Made by a program: the position numbers and the translations under genes | Source: an uncultured Nocardiopsis sp. | GTDB lineage: Bacteria; Actinomycetota; Actinomycetes; Streptosporangiales; Streptosporangiaceae | Assembly: GCA_937957845.1 (NCBI GenBank) | Contig: CALGOD010000459.1 | Location: forward strand, 1-32,953 | Length of the DNA stretch: 32,953 nt | Reading direction: 5' to 3' | In this document: piece after piece, positions 18,701 through 26,432 of the stretch | How the letters are laid out: each line of letters opens with the position of its first letter | Position numbering within the stretch: the stretch's first letter is position 1 | The notes under the pieces: generated by a model | What the model was told of the DNA's origin: nothing | Database searches by the model: none | What the model saw: the letters and a program-made list of their open reading frames with translations, nothing else

Positions 18701-20230
18701 GTCGGCGTTGTCGCCGCTGTCCAGAAGATCGAGTAGCGCATCCTGACTCTGGCCAGTGATGTCGGTCAAGATCTGCATGGAGTCGCCAGCACCACGGGCG
18801 CTGACTTCCAGGTGGTTGAAGACTCGCTGCATAGCACCACGAGCAAGCTCAGGACGAATACGCAGAGAGGCCATTGCACCACCCAGACCCACAATGGCTG
18901 TCTCGCTGAGTCCGGCCTGGTTACCAACGGTCGCAATCGACTCGACCGTGTTCAGGATCTCCTTATCGGTGGCTGCGGAGTTCGATCCCAAGAAGGCGAT
19001 GGCAGAGCCGAGGTTCATAACCTCATCCTGCGGAACATCAGCCATCTGCGTGATGCGAGCAAGCAGCGTGGACGTCTCATCCGCAGTGACTTCAGAAGTC
19101 GCCGCGAACAGAGCCACCGTCTCGGTGAACTCGATCAGGTATTCGTTGGCCACTCCGACCTGAGAGCCGAGCTTGGTGATCTCCGCGAGTTCTTCGAAGG
19201 CAATGGGGATCTCACGACTCATATTCCGCACGGCACCGACGATGGTGTCGAGTTCGGAGACCGTCGCCTGTGATACACGGGCAATCTGGGCGATGGCCAT
19301 TTCCTGCGTGGAGAAGTTCTCCCACATTGCCCGCGAAACACGGATCGACGTGTTCTGGAGGCTGTAGAGCATCCCTTCGACTTCACCGACCGAAGAGCGC
19401 AGCGCCCACAGGGAACTGTCCAGACCGCCCACAGCGCGCGTGCTCTGGTCGAGCCCGGCCGCCACTGCCCCACCGGTCTGCGCGAGCCTCTGCTGCCCTT
19501 GTGCGGCCTGCCGGGCGGAAGCTGCGAGCTCGCGCTGCTTCTGCGCAGCACGGTCTGCGGCGGCAGCGGCCTTGGCCTCCTGCTCCGCAGCACGCACAGC
19601 GATGCGCACCTGCTCCATGCGCTGCTTGTTCATCTCGCGCGCAGCCGCATCGGCATCGCGGGCGGCCTGGCTGGCGTCTCGCTGTGCGGTGATGAGGTTC
19701 ATCTGGGACCGGACGGCCTGCTGCTGCCCGGTACCGAGGCTGTCATAGGTCTGGCGCAGGCGCTGGAGTTCCTGCCGCAGAGTGGTGTACGCGGTGTCCA
19801 ACTCGCCTGCGGAGTTGACCCCCATGTCCATGGCCCGACGCACCTGGGACAGGCGCTCGTCGGTGTCCACGATCTCACGGGCCAGGCGGCGGGCACCGGC
19901 CGCCGTCATGGTCTGGTTCTGCTGGTACCTCTGTGCCGACTCGGAAGCCGTGGTGAAGGCGGTGGCGTTCTCGCGCAGCCCTCGGGAGAGCTGCTGGTTC
20001 GCCGTGTCAGCCTGCCGACTGTCGGCCGCCAGCGTCTGCATCACGGAGGCGAAGGGCCGCATCGCCTGTGCAGCGGTGCGGCCCGAACGCTCCATGCTGT
20101 TCAGGGCAGCGGTGGCCTCGCGTGTGGCCGCCGTCAGAGTGCCGATGCTGCGAGCCGCTTCGCGCGAAGCACGGAGAAGCTGGCTGGTATCGACGGTGAT
20201 ACGTGCCTTGGCTTCGTAGCCCGCTGCCAT
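15770..20230 (-). CDS. Tape measure protein
   Basis: 1486 aa, Ala-rich and helical. TP901-like core (LGSAIAFLGSNSAATDKEI), central hydrophobic segments and C-terminal GGWVSGPGGTRQDKIPALLSDREFVVNA motif; follows the chaperone genes. Confidence 0.95.
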   Translation of the reverse strand: MAAGYEAKARITVDTSQLLRASREAARSIGTLTAATREATAALNSMERSGRTAAQAMRPFASVMQTLAADSRQADTANQQLSRGLRENATAFTTASESAQRYQQNQTMTAAGARRLAREIVDTDERLSQVRRAMDMGVNSAGELDTAYTTLRQELQRLRQTYDSLGTGQQQAVRSQMNLITAQRDASQAARDADAAAREMNKQRMEQVRIAVRAAEQEAKAAAAADRAAQKQRELAASARQAAQGQQRLAQTGGAVAAGLDQSTRAVGGLDSSLWALRSSVGEVEGMLYSLQNTSIRVSRAMWENFSTQEMAIAQIARVSQATVSELDTIVGAVRNMSREIPIAFEELAEITKLGSQVGVANEYLIEFTETVALFAATSEVTADETSTLLARITQMADVPQDEVMNLGSAIAFLGSNSAATDKEILNTVESIATVGNQAGLSETAIVGLGGAMASLRIRPELARGAMQRVFNHLEVSARGAGDSMQILTDITGQSQDALLDLLDSGDNADQFFWTIISSLNEMYKEGTNLVPVLREMGIINTRDVDMLARLAANWDVVKDSVTNASTAYEDATYLYSESDRIFNTLTARVQLMSNAWNEFLFNAVQAIAPFITRLVEGTTSMIQFLDSIDAAPVLGWSIVALAAAAALGTLGIAGTTVVRGLLALRTAQMAVTGVFSTGTAATAANTASLLANTRSVGANTASRLAAVTSMNSFTIASNAATAGMTRFTAAASAAGAAVRTLGSVLGSLAGFGALLAGVSALVLAYQDFARAADSSSESVVRANRQYLEAAGGSKALQDALAADTAAYREARDAAFEQIDALDNTTNAYSQSAQAILEHSRFRVLSNREGIESDREAQQSAEDLARAQEGIAGVLRESGDSARGQADAMAELERATSGAADAPVGLFDAQERLREATVDTTEAVQDNIVAVGLAARAYGAAVLDAALMETAAYNNAEALEAMKDAGVDLGAALTLEMANAGDGVALLDAQVQLMYDNMTTGQKTLDHMANALRVVTFGTVDLRSEQALALDATHDMSGALEAVSASMLGAVTAQDLMVGETLRLKDGTEATALELSEMDLQAEIMSDTITGLGISVNTLAEGFASFIDPLTAWGDALAVANDGLEDQFASLLEVEGGFSLYLDQLQIASEAQMEWAQNLLQLSADGVPADVVAGLTEMGSEGAEIVQGLVNATDEEVARFVDLWRQGGGQVLDDFSLVFADFMVQAAQAGDQGGVDFANNLLAQVGEGEISMGEAVDRMTDYAETEFDNSDPTLEFYGDATEALEEMNSLLSDIETLMREANEAAVVEPTTSTGGFWESITGWWDSVKGWWNRNVRLTVSPTVSTGAGGQYGSQGHKDGGWVSGPGGTRQDKIPALLSDREFVVNARSAREFGPLLEWINRQNSSGGAQVLTPNFVPDDIFRIPRRPLSAMRDSAPAGVRRSLSSVRRPDASGWKIQINNQYPQAEPTSVTVNRALAYAAALDGVD

Positions 20231-20650
20231 CTACTGCCTCCGGCTCTCGTACGACTCTCGCCTTGACGGCAGAGGTTCCTTGCCCCCGAACATGTAGGGC
20301 ACAGGGTAGATCGTATCCCCGAAGCCCTTGTTCGACTTGTCCTTGCTGGCCTTGTCTCTGGCCTTCTCCAGCTCTTCGCAGCCGTAGCAGTGCGACGTCT
20401 CGGTCTTGAAGAGAATCCGGTTGTCCGTACTGTAGCCCCACCAGGCCGGGATACCGCACTCCTTGCAGGTCTCATTCTCCAGGACCGTGAGTGCGTTGGC
20501 CAGCAGGACGTCCTCCCGCGTCCACTCTCCCGGCTGTGTGCCGTGGATCATGGTACGCGGGGGGACCTTCCACTCGCGCGCCGTCTTCACCGCCGTGAGG
20601 AAGTTGCGGTTGTGCGGCTTGGACAGGACCTCAGCCAGGAAACCCGGCAT
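20231..20650 (-). CDS. Tail assembly chaperone, second ORF (gpT-like; probable frameshift extension)
   Basis: 139 aa, overlapping the upstream chaperone by 20 nt and abutting the tape measure ATG. Contains CKEC...CYGC. Confidence 0.75.
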   Translation of the reverse strand: MPGFLAEVLSKPHNRNFLTAVKTAREWKVPPRTMIHGTQPGEWTREDVLLANALTVLENETCKECGIPAWWGYSTDNRILFKTETSHCYGCEELEKARDKASKDKSNKGFGDTIYPVPYMFGGKEPLPSRRESYESRRQ

Positions 20651-21314
20651 CGGCCGCCCGCTGCATCACGTTGCCGCCGGAGATGGCCAGCACCATGTTG
20701 GTCTCCAGCTTCTGCCGCTCGCTGGGGACAAGCCGGGCGTAGAGCTTGTCCAGCTTCTCCACCGTCAGGTCACCGCCGAACTGGGCACCGGCGTGGTTGT
20801 AGATGCCGTGGATGGTGGCGAGCATGAGGCACTTGCCCCGGTAGGTCGCCGCCTCCTCGTCCTTGTCGGTGTCCTTGACGTTGGGGAACTTCAGCTTCGT
20901 CAGCTTCTCGGACTCCTTGTGGACCTCGTCGGAGGGCTTGGAGAGCCGGAAGACGAACTTGAGCGAGCTGGTACGGAACTTCTCGGACAGGGCCTCACGC
21001 TGCTCACGCAGCTCGGAGATCTCCTGTTCCTCCTTGTAGGTGTCCGCGAAGGTGCCCCCGGCCAGGCTTGATCCGACCCCGGACTGCTTGGCCGACTTCT
21101 GCTTCTCTTCGATGGCCCGACGCAGGTCCTTGACGCGGCGGTCGATGTCATTGATCCGCCCGGCCTTCTCGCCGTCCAGGTACACCGTGGCACTGAAGGC
21201 GGGGTAGCTCCACTTCCGGTCCAGGAACTCGTCCAGATCGAAGGTCTCGGCGTCCAGGTTCTCCAGCTCTTCGACCTGCGCCTCGGTGAGCTGACCGCTC
21301 TCGTTCTCACTCAT
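20631..21314 (-). CDS. Tail assembly chaperone (gpG-like)
   Basis: 227 aa, between the major tail and tape measure genes; ends ADAGFPG over GGGTTTC. Confidence 0.8.
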   Translation of the reverse strand: MSENESGQLTEAQVEELENLDAETFDLDEFLDRKWSYPAFSATVYLDGEKAGRINDIDRRVKDLRRAIEEKQKSAKQSGVGSSLAGGTFADTYKEEQEISELREQREALSEKFRTSSLKFVFRLSKPSDEVHKESEKLTKLKFPNVKDTDKDEEAATYRGKCLMLATIHGIYNHAGAQFGGDLTVEKLDKLYARLVPSERQKLETNMVLAISGGNVMQRAADAGFPG

Positions 21315-21330
21315 GCTCGTCCTCTTCCTT

Positions 21331-21387
21331 CCGTGTCACCCGTGTCAAGAGGGTGTGCGCGAACGACACGGGAGCCCGCGCACACCC
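21331..21387 (-). terminator. Hairpin (terminator/attenuator) after the major tail gene, with loop-pairing potential
   Basis: 11-bp stem GGGTGTGCGCG/CGCGCACACCC (21377-21387 / 21351-21361), followed by TCTT on the - strand. Confidence 0.65.
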
Positions 21388-21407
21388 CGCTGATGCCTCT
21401 CCCCAGT

Positions 21408-21944
21408 CTAGGAGACAGCGCCACCCACGGTGACGATGCCTTCCGAGGACCGGCCCTGGGCGTAGAACGGAACCTGCATCCGGATCGGCACGCCGTCCTC
21501 GTGCAGGGTCCGGGGGTCGCCGCTCAGGAAGAGGAAGACGGAGACCTCGTCGCCGTCCACGTACGGCTCATCGTGCGGCTTGCCGACGCGCTCGACCAGG
21601 TACCCCTGCTGGAGCGGCGTCTTGAACAGCTCGTACGCGATGTTGTACGCCGACAGAGCGTTCGTGCTGTCCCGGTCGCGGAAGAACGTGAGGTTGCCCT
21701 CGTAGTTCTTGTAGACCGGGTTGGCCACGTTGCTGTCGTCGCAGAGACTCTTCGTGTCGTCGGTGTCACGCTCGGTCCATCCGAGCGTGTAGTCCGGCGA
21801 GGTGATGGCGCAGGTGATGTTCTCGCCTGCGTTCAGCTCCTCGGCGGTGGGCGCGTTCACGTCCTCGATGCCCGGGTCACCCTCGGTGACAGGAATCCAG
21901 TCCACCCGAATGTTCGGGGGGAGCATCTTGACCTCTCCGGCCAC
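21408..21944 (-). CDS. Major tail (tail tube) protein
   Basis: 178 aa with APTAEELNAGENITCAI, SLCD and GYLVERVG motifs typical of actinophage tail tube proteins. Strong SD GGAGGG and strong GC3. Confidence 0.88.
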   Translation of the reverse strand: MAGEVKMLPPNIRVDWIPVTEGDPGIEDVNAPTAEELNAGENITCAITSPDYTLGWTERDTDDTKSLCDDSNVANPVYKNYEGNLTFFRDRDSTNALSAYNIAYELFKTPLQQGYLVERVGKPHDEPYVDGDEVSVFLFLSGDPRTLHEDGVPIRMQVPFYAQGRSSEGIVTVGGAVS

Positions 21945-21956
21945 TTGGCCCTCCTT

Positions 21957-22388
21957 CTATACGTCTACGGTGCCGACATAGGACACCGGCACCTGGTATC
22001 GACTGTTGACACCCGACATGTCCAGAGGCTGCCGGATCGTCCCAGCACCGTCCTCCCGCAATTCTCCCTCGCCCAGGGGCTGGAAGCCCAGCAGGAGGTC
22101 GCTGACCGCTTCGGCCAGATCCCTCACGGCGGGTCCTGTGGGTCCACAGATCTGCAAGATAAACGGTACCGTGTGCGCATTCGTACGCACACCACCGAGT
22201 GAATTGAAGCCGAGGCCCCCATCCACCCGCTGACCCCACCAGGCGACGACGTACGGCTTCACTCTGCGTGAGTCGTACATCGGCAACTCTGCCTCGTCGG
22301 GGACGCCTTCTTCATACACCTGGTCCACGGGCAGCAGCTCGTGCAGCCGGGCCAGGATGGCTTTCTGCCAGTCACGCAGGTTGGCCAC
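21957..22388 (-). CDS. Tail terminator protein
   Basis: 143 aa, immediately before the major tail gene; VYEEGVP...PYVV pattern. Confidence 0.7.
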   Translation of the reverse strand: MANLRDWQKAILARLHELLPVDQVYEEGVPDEAELPMYDSRRVKPYVVAWWGQRVDGGLGFNSLGGVRTNAHTVPFILQICGPTGPAVRDLAEAVSDLLLGFQPLGEGELREDGAGTIRQPLDMSGVNSRYQVPVSYVGTVDV

Positions 22389-22786
22389 TACCGTGCCACC
22401 TCCGTCCGTGTCCGACCCCAGACCTCATGGTAGGTCTGCTGTACAGCGCGCATCGGCTTAATGTTGTGCGAGGGTACGCCGAACTCCTGGTAGGGAGCAT
22501 AGTGCGGATTGCCCTCAGCCCAGCCGAACTCGATGCCCACCAGGGTCAGTGAAGAGAACCGGTAGGACTCGACCTCCGAGCGCATACGTCCTGTGTCTAC
22601 CCGAGAGCGCACACGCACTGTCTGGCGCGCAGTCAGCATCTCCTCCCCGAAGAACGCCACGAGCTGGTCGTACTTCAGGTTGAGCTGGTCGGTCGCCCAG
22701 AGCGCCAGGCTGGTCTCACCGTCGTCGTAGGTAAATCGCCTGCTGCTCCTGGGGCGGTAGGTGTGGTACCACCGGAACTCGGCCAT
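22388..22786 (-). CDS. HK97 gp10-like neck/tail-completion protein
   Basis: VDTGRMR and YAPYQEFG motifs; position in the head-tail cluster. Confidence 0.75.
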   Translation of the reverse strand: MAEFRWYHTYRPRSSRRFTYDDGETSLALWATDQLNLKYDQLVAFFGEEMLTARQTVRVRSRVDTGRMRSEVESYRFSSLTLVGIEFGWAEGNPHYAPYQEFGVPSHNIKPMRAVQQTYHEVWGRTRTEVAR

Positions 22787-23256
22787 CAGGGAGACGCCTC
22801 ACTCACGTCCGTGCCGCACAACAGGTTGCGCAGCCAGGGGTTGGAGCTGTTGACCGTGTTGCGCACACGCAGCGTGTACGAGCCGAGGTCGTCGTCCTGC
22901 GGCCAGGTGCTGTCCGGGTCCGGCGGCATGATCTTGATGATGGAGTCCACGGGGATGTGCGGCACGGGGTTGTTCGGCCCGAAGGGGATCTGCACACGCA
23001 CGTAGTGGACCATCTGCGGGTCGTTGCCCGAGCGTACCGACCTGGCACGCCAGTCCTTGTTGCCCTGGATGCGGGCCTTGCCCGTCCAGATCACAGAGGT
23101 GCCGCCGCCGATCAGTTCGTTGGTCTCAGGGTCCCAGCCCGAAACTGGCGCGTTCTGCACGTGGATCTCGATTCCGCGCAGCATGAAGCCCTTGGGCACC
23201 CTGCGGTGGTGAAGCATCCACCGGGGGTCCAAAGACCAGCGCGCGTTAACAGCCAC
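22786..23256 (-). CDS. Head-to-tail stopper (DUF6093-like)
   Basis: 156 aa with WDPETNE...VIWTGKARIQ motif; follows the adaptor gene. Confidence 0.7.
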   Translation of the reverse strand: MAVNARWSLDPRWMLHHRRVPKGFMLRGIEIHVQNAPVSGWDPETNELIGGGTSVIWTGKARIQGNKDWRARSVRSGNDPQMVHYVRVQIPFGPNNPVPHIPVDSIIKIMPPDPDSTWPQDDDLGSYTLRVRNTVNSSNPWLRNLLCGTDVSEASP

Positions 23257-23259
23257 GTG

Positions 23260-23622
23260 TCACCTCGGCCAGTAGATGGGCGGGCGGGGGTAGTAAGGGA
23301 TGACGTCGAACGCGCTGTTGTCGTCGCGTTCGTCGTCCCGGTCGGCGGACTGCTCAAGGTCGCGGGCCACGCCGAGAAGAGCGTTGGCCACCTTCGCGCC
23401 GTCCGTCTGCAAGTCCTCGGTCTTGATCACCTTGGAGATCAGGGCCTCGGACACCGCCAGCGCGCGACACGCCTGGGCTGCCGCGCGCTTGACGTTGCCG
23501 TCGTTGACATCCAGGTAGGTCTGGATGACCTCGTCCGGGAACAGGGTGGAGGGCGAGGCGTTGTCCTCCCAATCGACTTCCTCGAAGTCCGGGATGAGGT
23601 GCCTGACCTGTAGAACCGTCAC
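23260..23622 (-). CDS. Head-to-tail adaptor
   Basis: 120 aa with QVRHLIPD...LFPDEVIQTYL...RAAAQAC pattern; first gene after the capsid gene. Confidence 0.78.
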   Translation of the reverse strand: MTVLQVRHLIPDFEEVDWEDNASPSTLFPDEVIQTYLDVNDGNVKRAAAQACRALAVSEALISKVIKTEDLQTDGAKVANALLGVARDLEQSADRDDERDDNSAFDVIPYYPRPPIYWPR

Positions 23623-23640
23623 GTCTCGCCCTCCTTCCTA

Positions 23641-24795
23641 CTAGCTGCCGCTGGGCTCGCCGGAACCGTCCGACACCAGCGTGCCGGAGGGGTCCACACC
23701 GGCCGCACCGGTGATGTGGCGGACGCGGTACTGAACGTCGTCGTTCAGGAACGAACCCTCGGTGCCCGGAACCTCGCCGCCGCCGATGTAGCGGCCGGTG
23801 TCCCCGGAGATCCGCAGCTCGGGGGCCTCGCGGCCGGACATGAAGGTGGTGATGATCGCCGGGCGACGGTTGCCCGCCGAGCCCGCACCATCCGGGAGCA
23901 GGTACCAGGTGGTCGCGCTGTTCTCGGAGGTGTCCAGGATCGGCAGCCACTCGTTGGACACCGCGCGCACACGCCCGCGCAGCGGGTTGGCCATCGTGGT
24001 CTCCAGCTCACCGCCGCTACCGTCCGGCACGCGCCGGACGATGTTGGCCTGGGCCAGGATGGTGTTGGCGGTCAGCTCCAGGGACGGAGGCACGACCAGG
24101 ACGAACGAGCGCACACGCACCGGCCGGGTGCCGTTGCCCAGGGTGCGCTGCGCCACCAGGTTCACGGCTTCCTGGAGGGTGTCCATGGTGAGCGGCGGGT
24201 TGTCCGGGAAGATGTTGCCCTGGGGAGCCCGAGGGCCGAAGTCCCAGCCGGTGTTGAAGAACGCCGGGTTGGGGCCGTCCTCCGTGGCGAGCACACCCGT
24301 GGTCAGGACGTCCTCGGTGTCGCGCGCCGAGTTGGCCATCTCGCCCGGAAGGGTCTGGATGACCTGGTACTCGTCATTCAGGAACGCCTCGAAGCTGAAG
24401 GCGTAGCGACCACCGTACTTGTTGATCCCGAACAGCTCCTCCTCGGCTTCGAGGGAGAAGGTCGGGTACTCGGTCAGCTCGGGGATGCGGGGCAGCGCCA
24501 GGCTGTGCCGCTCGAACCCACCGTTGGCGTTGATCATTTGAGACATGTCCGACTCCCAGCGCATGAAGCGCTGCGGCCGGAAGTCCGAGACCTGCCACGG
24601 GGTGGAGAACTCGCGCCACTGGGGCTGGATCTGCTCGTACTGCCCGAGTAGTGCGTACTGGGTCATGACGCGGAACAGCTCGGGCATGTCCGAGGTGGAC
24701 AGCGCCTCCTTGAGCTGCGCGCGGGCCATGAACCCGCCCTTGTACGCCTCGGCCAGCTTCTGCGCCAGCTCGACGGGCGTGTTGATCTTGTACAT
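23641..24795 (-). CDS. Major capsid protein (HK97 fold)
   Basis: 384 aa with extreme GC3; STSD, VSDFRP, KYGGRYAFSFEAFLND and LVVPPSLE motifs; follows the protease and cement genes. Confidence 0.92.
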   Translation of the reverse strand: MYKINTPVELAQKLAEAYKGGFMARAQLKEALSTSDMPELFRVMTQYALLGQYEQIQPQWREFSTPWQVSDFRPQRFMRWESDMSQMINANGGFERHSLALPRIPELTEYPTFSLEAEEELFGINKYGGRYAFSFEAFLNDEYQVIQTLPGEMANSARDTEDVLTTGVLATEDGPNPAFFNTGWDFGPRAPQGNIFPDNPPLTMDTLQEAVNLVAQRTLGNGTRPVRVRSFVLVVPPSLELTANTILAQANIVRRVPDGSGGELETTMANPLRGRVRAVSNEWLPILDTSENSATTWYLLPDGAGSAGNRRPAIITTFMSGREAPELRISGDTGRYIGGGEVPGTEGSFLNDDVQYRVRHITGAAGVDPSGTLVSDGSGEPSGS

Positions 24796-24806
24796 CAGGT
24801 CCTCTC

Positions 24807-25235
24807 CTACGCGACCGGGTTGGCGATACGGACGACCACACGGCCGTCAGAGGTGTGCCCGACCACGTGACCGAAGCGCGCGTCACCGGCACCGGTGACC
24901 AGCACGTTCCGTCCATCGGGGCCGGTGCCCTCGCTAATACCCACGGCGGTGCCGTGGGTCAGCGCGTCGCCGCCGTCGATCTCGAAGGCGAACGCACCCT
25001 TGAGAGCGACACTGGCGAAGCCAGCCTCGTTCCCACCGGTGGAGGCGGGCACGGTGTTCCACGCCGGGTCGCCCATCGCGCGCCGGATCGGAGTGGAGGT
25101 GTAGCTGTTGTCGCCCTCGGACGTCTGGGCGACACCGACCAGCTCGCCCACCAGCACGGGGTCACCGGACAGGGTGCCCTCCGGAACCGGCAGGGAGAGG
25201 TAGTCGGCTTCCTTGAAGATCTCGTTGGTGGCCAT
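24807..25235 (-). CDS. Capsid cement/decoration protein (DUF2190-like)
   Basis: 142 aa with SGDPVLVGELVGVAQT and VALKGAF motifs; sits between scaffold and capsid genes. Confidence 0.78.
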   Translation of the reverse strand: MATNEIFKEADYLSLPVPEGTLSGDPVLVGELVGVAQTSEGDNSYTSTPIRRAMGDPAWNTVPASTGGNEAGFASVALKGAFAFEIDGGDALTHGTAVGISEGTGPDGRNVLVTGAGDARFGHVVGHTSDGRVVVRIANPVA

Positions 25236-25238
25236 CTG

Positions 25239-26189
25239 CTACCAGCCCATCTGCGCGAAGGCGTTCTTGTAGGCGTCCCGGCCGCCCGCAGCCGCCTCAC
25301 GGACGGTGCCGGTGCCAGTGCCGGTGTTGGTGTCGTGGCCCTTGCCCTCGGGCTTGACCGACTCCTGCACCTGCTTGAAGTACTCGACCTCGGCGGTCAC
25401 GGCCGCGTCGAAGTCGTCGCCGGGCTTGTACGCCTCGGCCAGACGCTTCCGGCTCACGGCCGGGAGGTTGGTGGCGTCCAGCTTCTCGATGAGCTGCGCA
25501 GCGGTGAGGGTGTTGGCCTCCTCCACCTTCTGCTCGTGCTCGGCCGCCTTCTGCTCCAGCCGGTCGAAGCGCTCGGACAGCGCGGTGATCGACTCGAACA
25601 GCTTGGCCAGGCCCTGCTTGTCCTTCTCGGTGAGCTGGGCGAACAGCTCGCGCTGCCCGGTACCCGACTCCGTGCCCTTGCGGGCGTTCTCGGCCATACT
25701 GACCAACTTCCCTCCTGCACCCGCATGGGTGACGATATCGACCGACAGGCCCTCGACCAGTTCGGTCACGATCAGTTCCCCCGTGGCCGGACTCTCATCG
25801 GTGATACCGATGGCCCGGATGGACATCCCGGCGGTCTCCGCGTAGAACTCGACGTCCTCTCGCACAGACTCACGGAACTTGACCTTGGCGTACAGGCCCT
25901 TCCCCTCGACGGGGTCGTCCTCGTACTGCGCTGCCTCGGTCATGGCACCGACCAGATCCTTGACGGATCGTTCCGGCCGCTGACAGTCCTCTTCCCACGT
26001 GGGGTGATCGAGGTAGATGTGGGTCCCGGCCGGGAACGCCGTGGCACCATCGCGCTCCAGCACGGAGGCGGGGTAGTACCCGGACGAGCCGTGCACGTCC
26101 CCCTCGATGAGCTTGATCCGCCAGATGCCCTTGCTCTCGGTGGCCTTGGCCTTGGCGGTCGCCTCATAGAGTACGGCCTGCTGTCCCAT
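25239..26189 (-). CDS. Capsid maturation protease fused to a scaffold-like C-terminus
   Basis: N-terminal YLDHP, GMSI and SVDIVTHAGAGG protease-like motifs; C-terminal charged coiled coil; strong SD GGAGGAGG. Confidence 0.82.
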   Translation of the reverse strand: MGQQAVLYEATAKAKATESKGIWRIKLIEGDVHGSSGYYPASVLERDGATAFPAGTHIYLDHPTWEEDCQRPERSVKDLVGAMTEAAQYEDDPVEGKGLYAKVKFRESVREDVEFYAETAGMSIRAIGITDESPATGELIVTELVEGLSVDIVTHAGAGGKLVSMAENARKGTESGTGQRELFAQLTEKDKQGLAKLFESITALSERFDRLEQKAAEHEQKVEEANTLTAAQLIEKLDATNLPAVSRKRLAEAYKPGDDFDAAVTAEVEYFKQVQESVKPEGKGHDTNTGTGTGTVREAAAGGRDAYKNAFAQMGW

Positions 26190-26394
26190 GTCACCTCCTC
26201 CTCGCGCGTATGGTACTCGACATCAATAGCGTAACGTAACCGAGCAACGTAATGAAACGTTTCCCCCGCTACGAAACTCGGGTATCGTGTTCCTCGACAT
26301 CAAACCGATGAATCCCGCCCACGCGCACGCGAGGGCCGCGACTGAGGGTTTGGGCACGAGAGCGTCCGTGGGGCGGACTGATCAGCCTTGTGTT

Positions 26395-26430
26395 GAAGCC
26401 CGGGGAGTTGACTTGTCCTCCCCGGGCTTC
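26395..26430. terminator. Hairpin directly after the portal stop
   Basis: Perfect 13-bp inverted repeat GAAGCCCGGGGAG (26395-26407) / CTCCCCGGGCTTC (26418-26430). No U-tract on the - strand. Confidence 0.65.
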
Positions 26431-26432
26431 TG

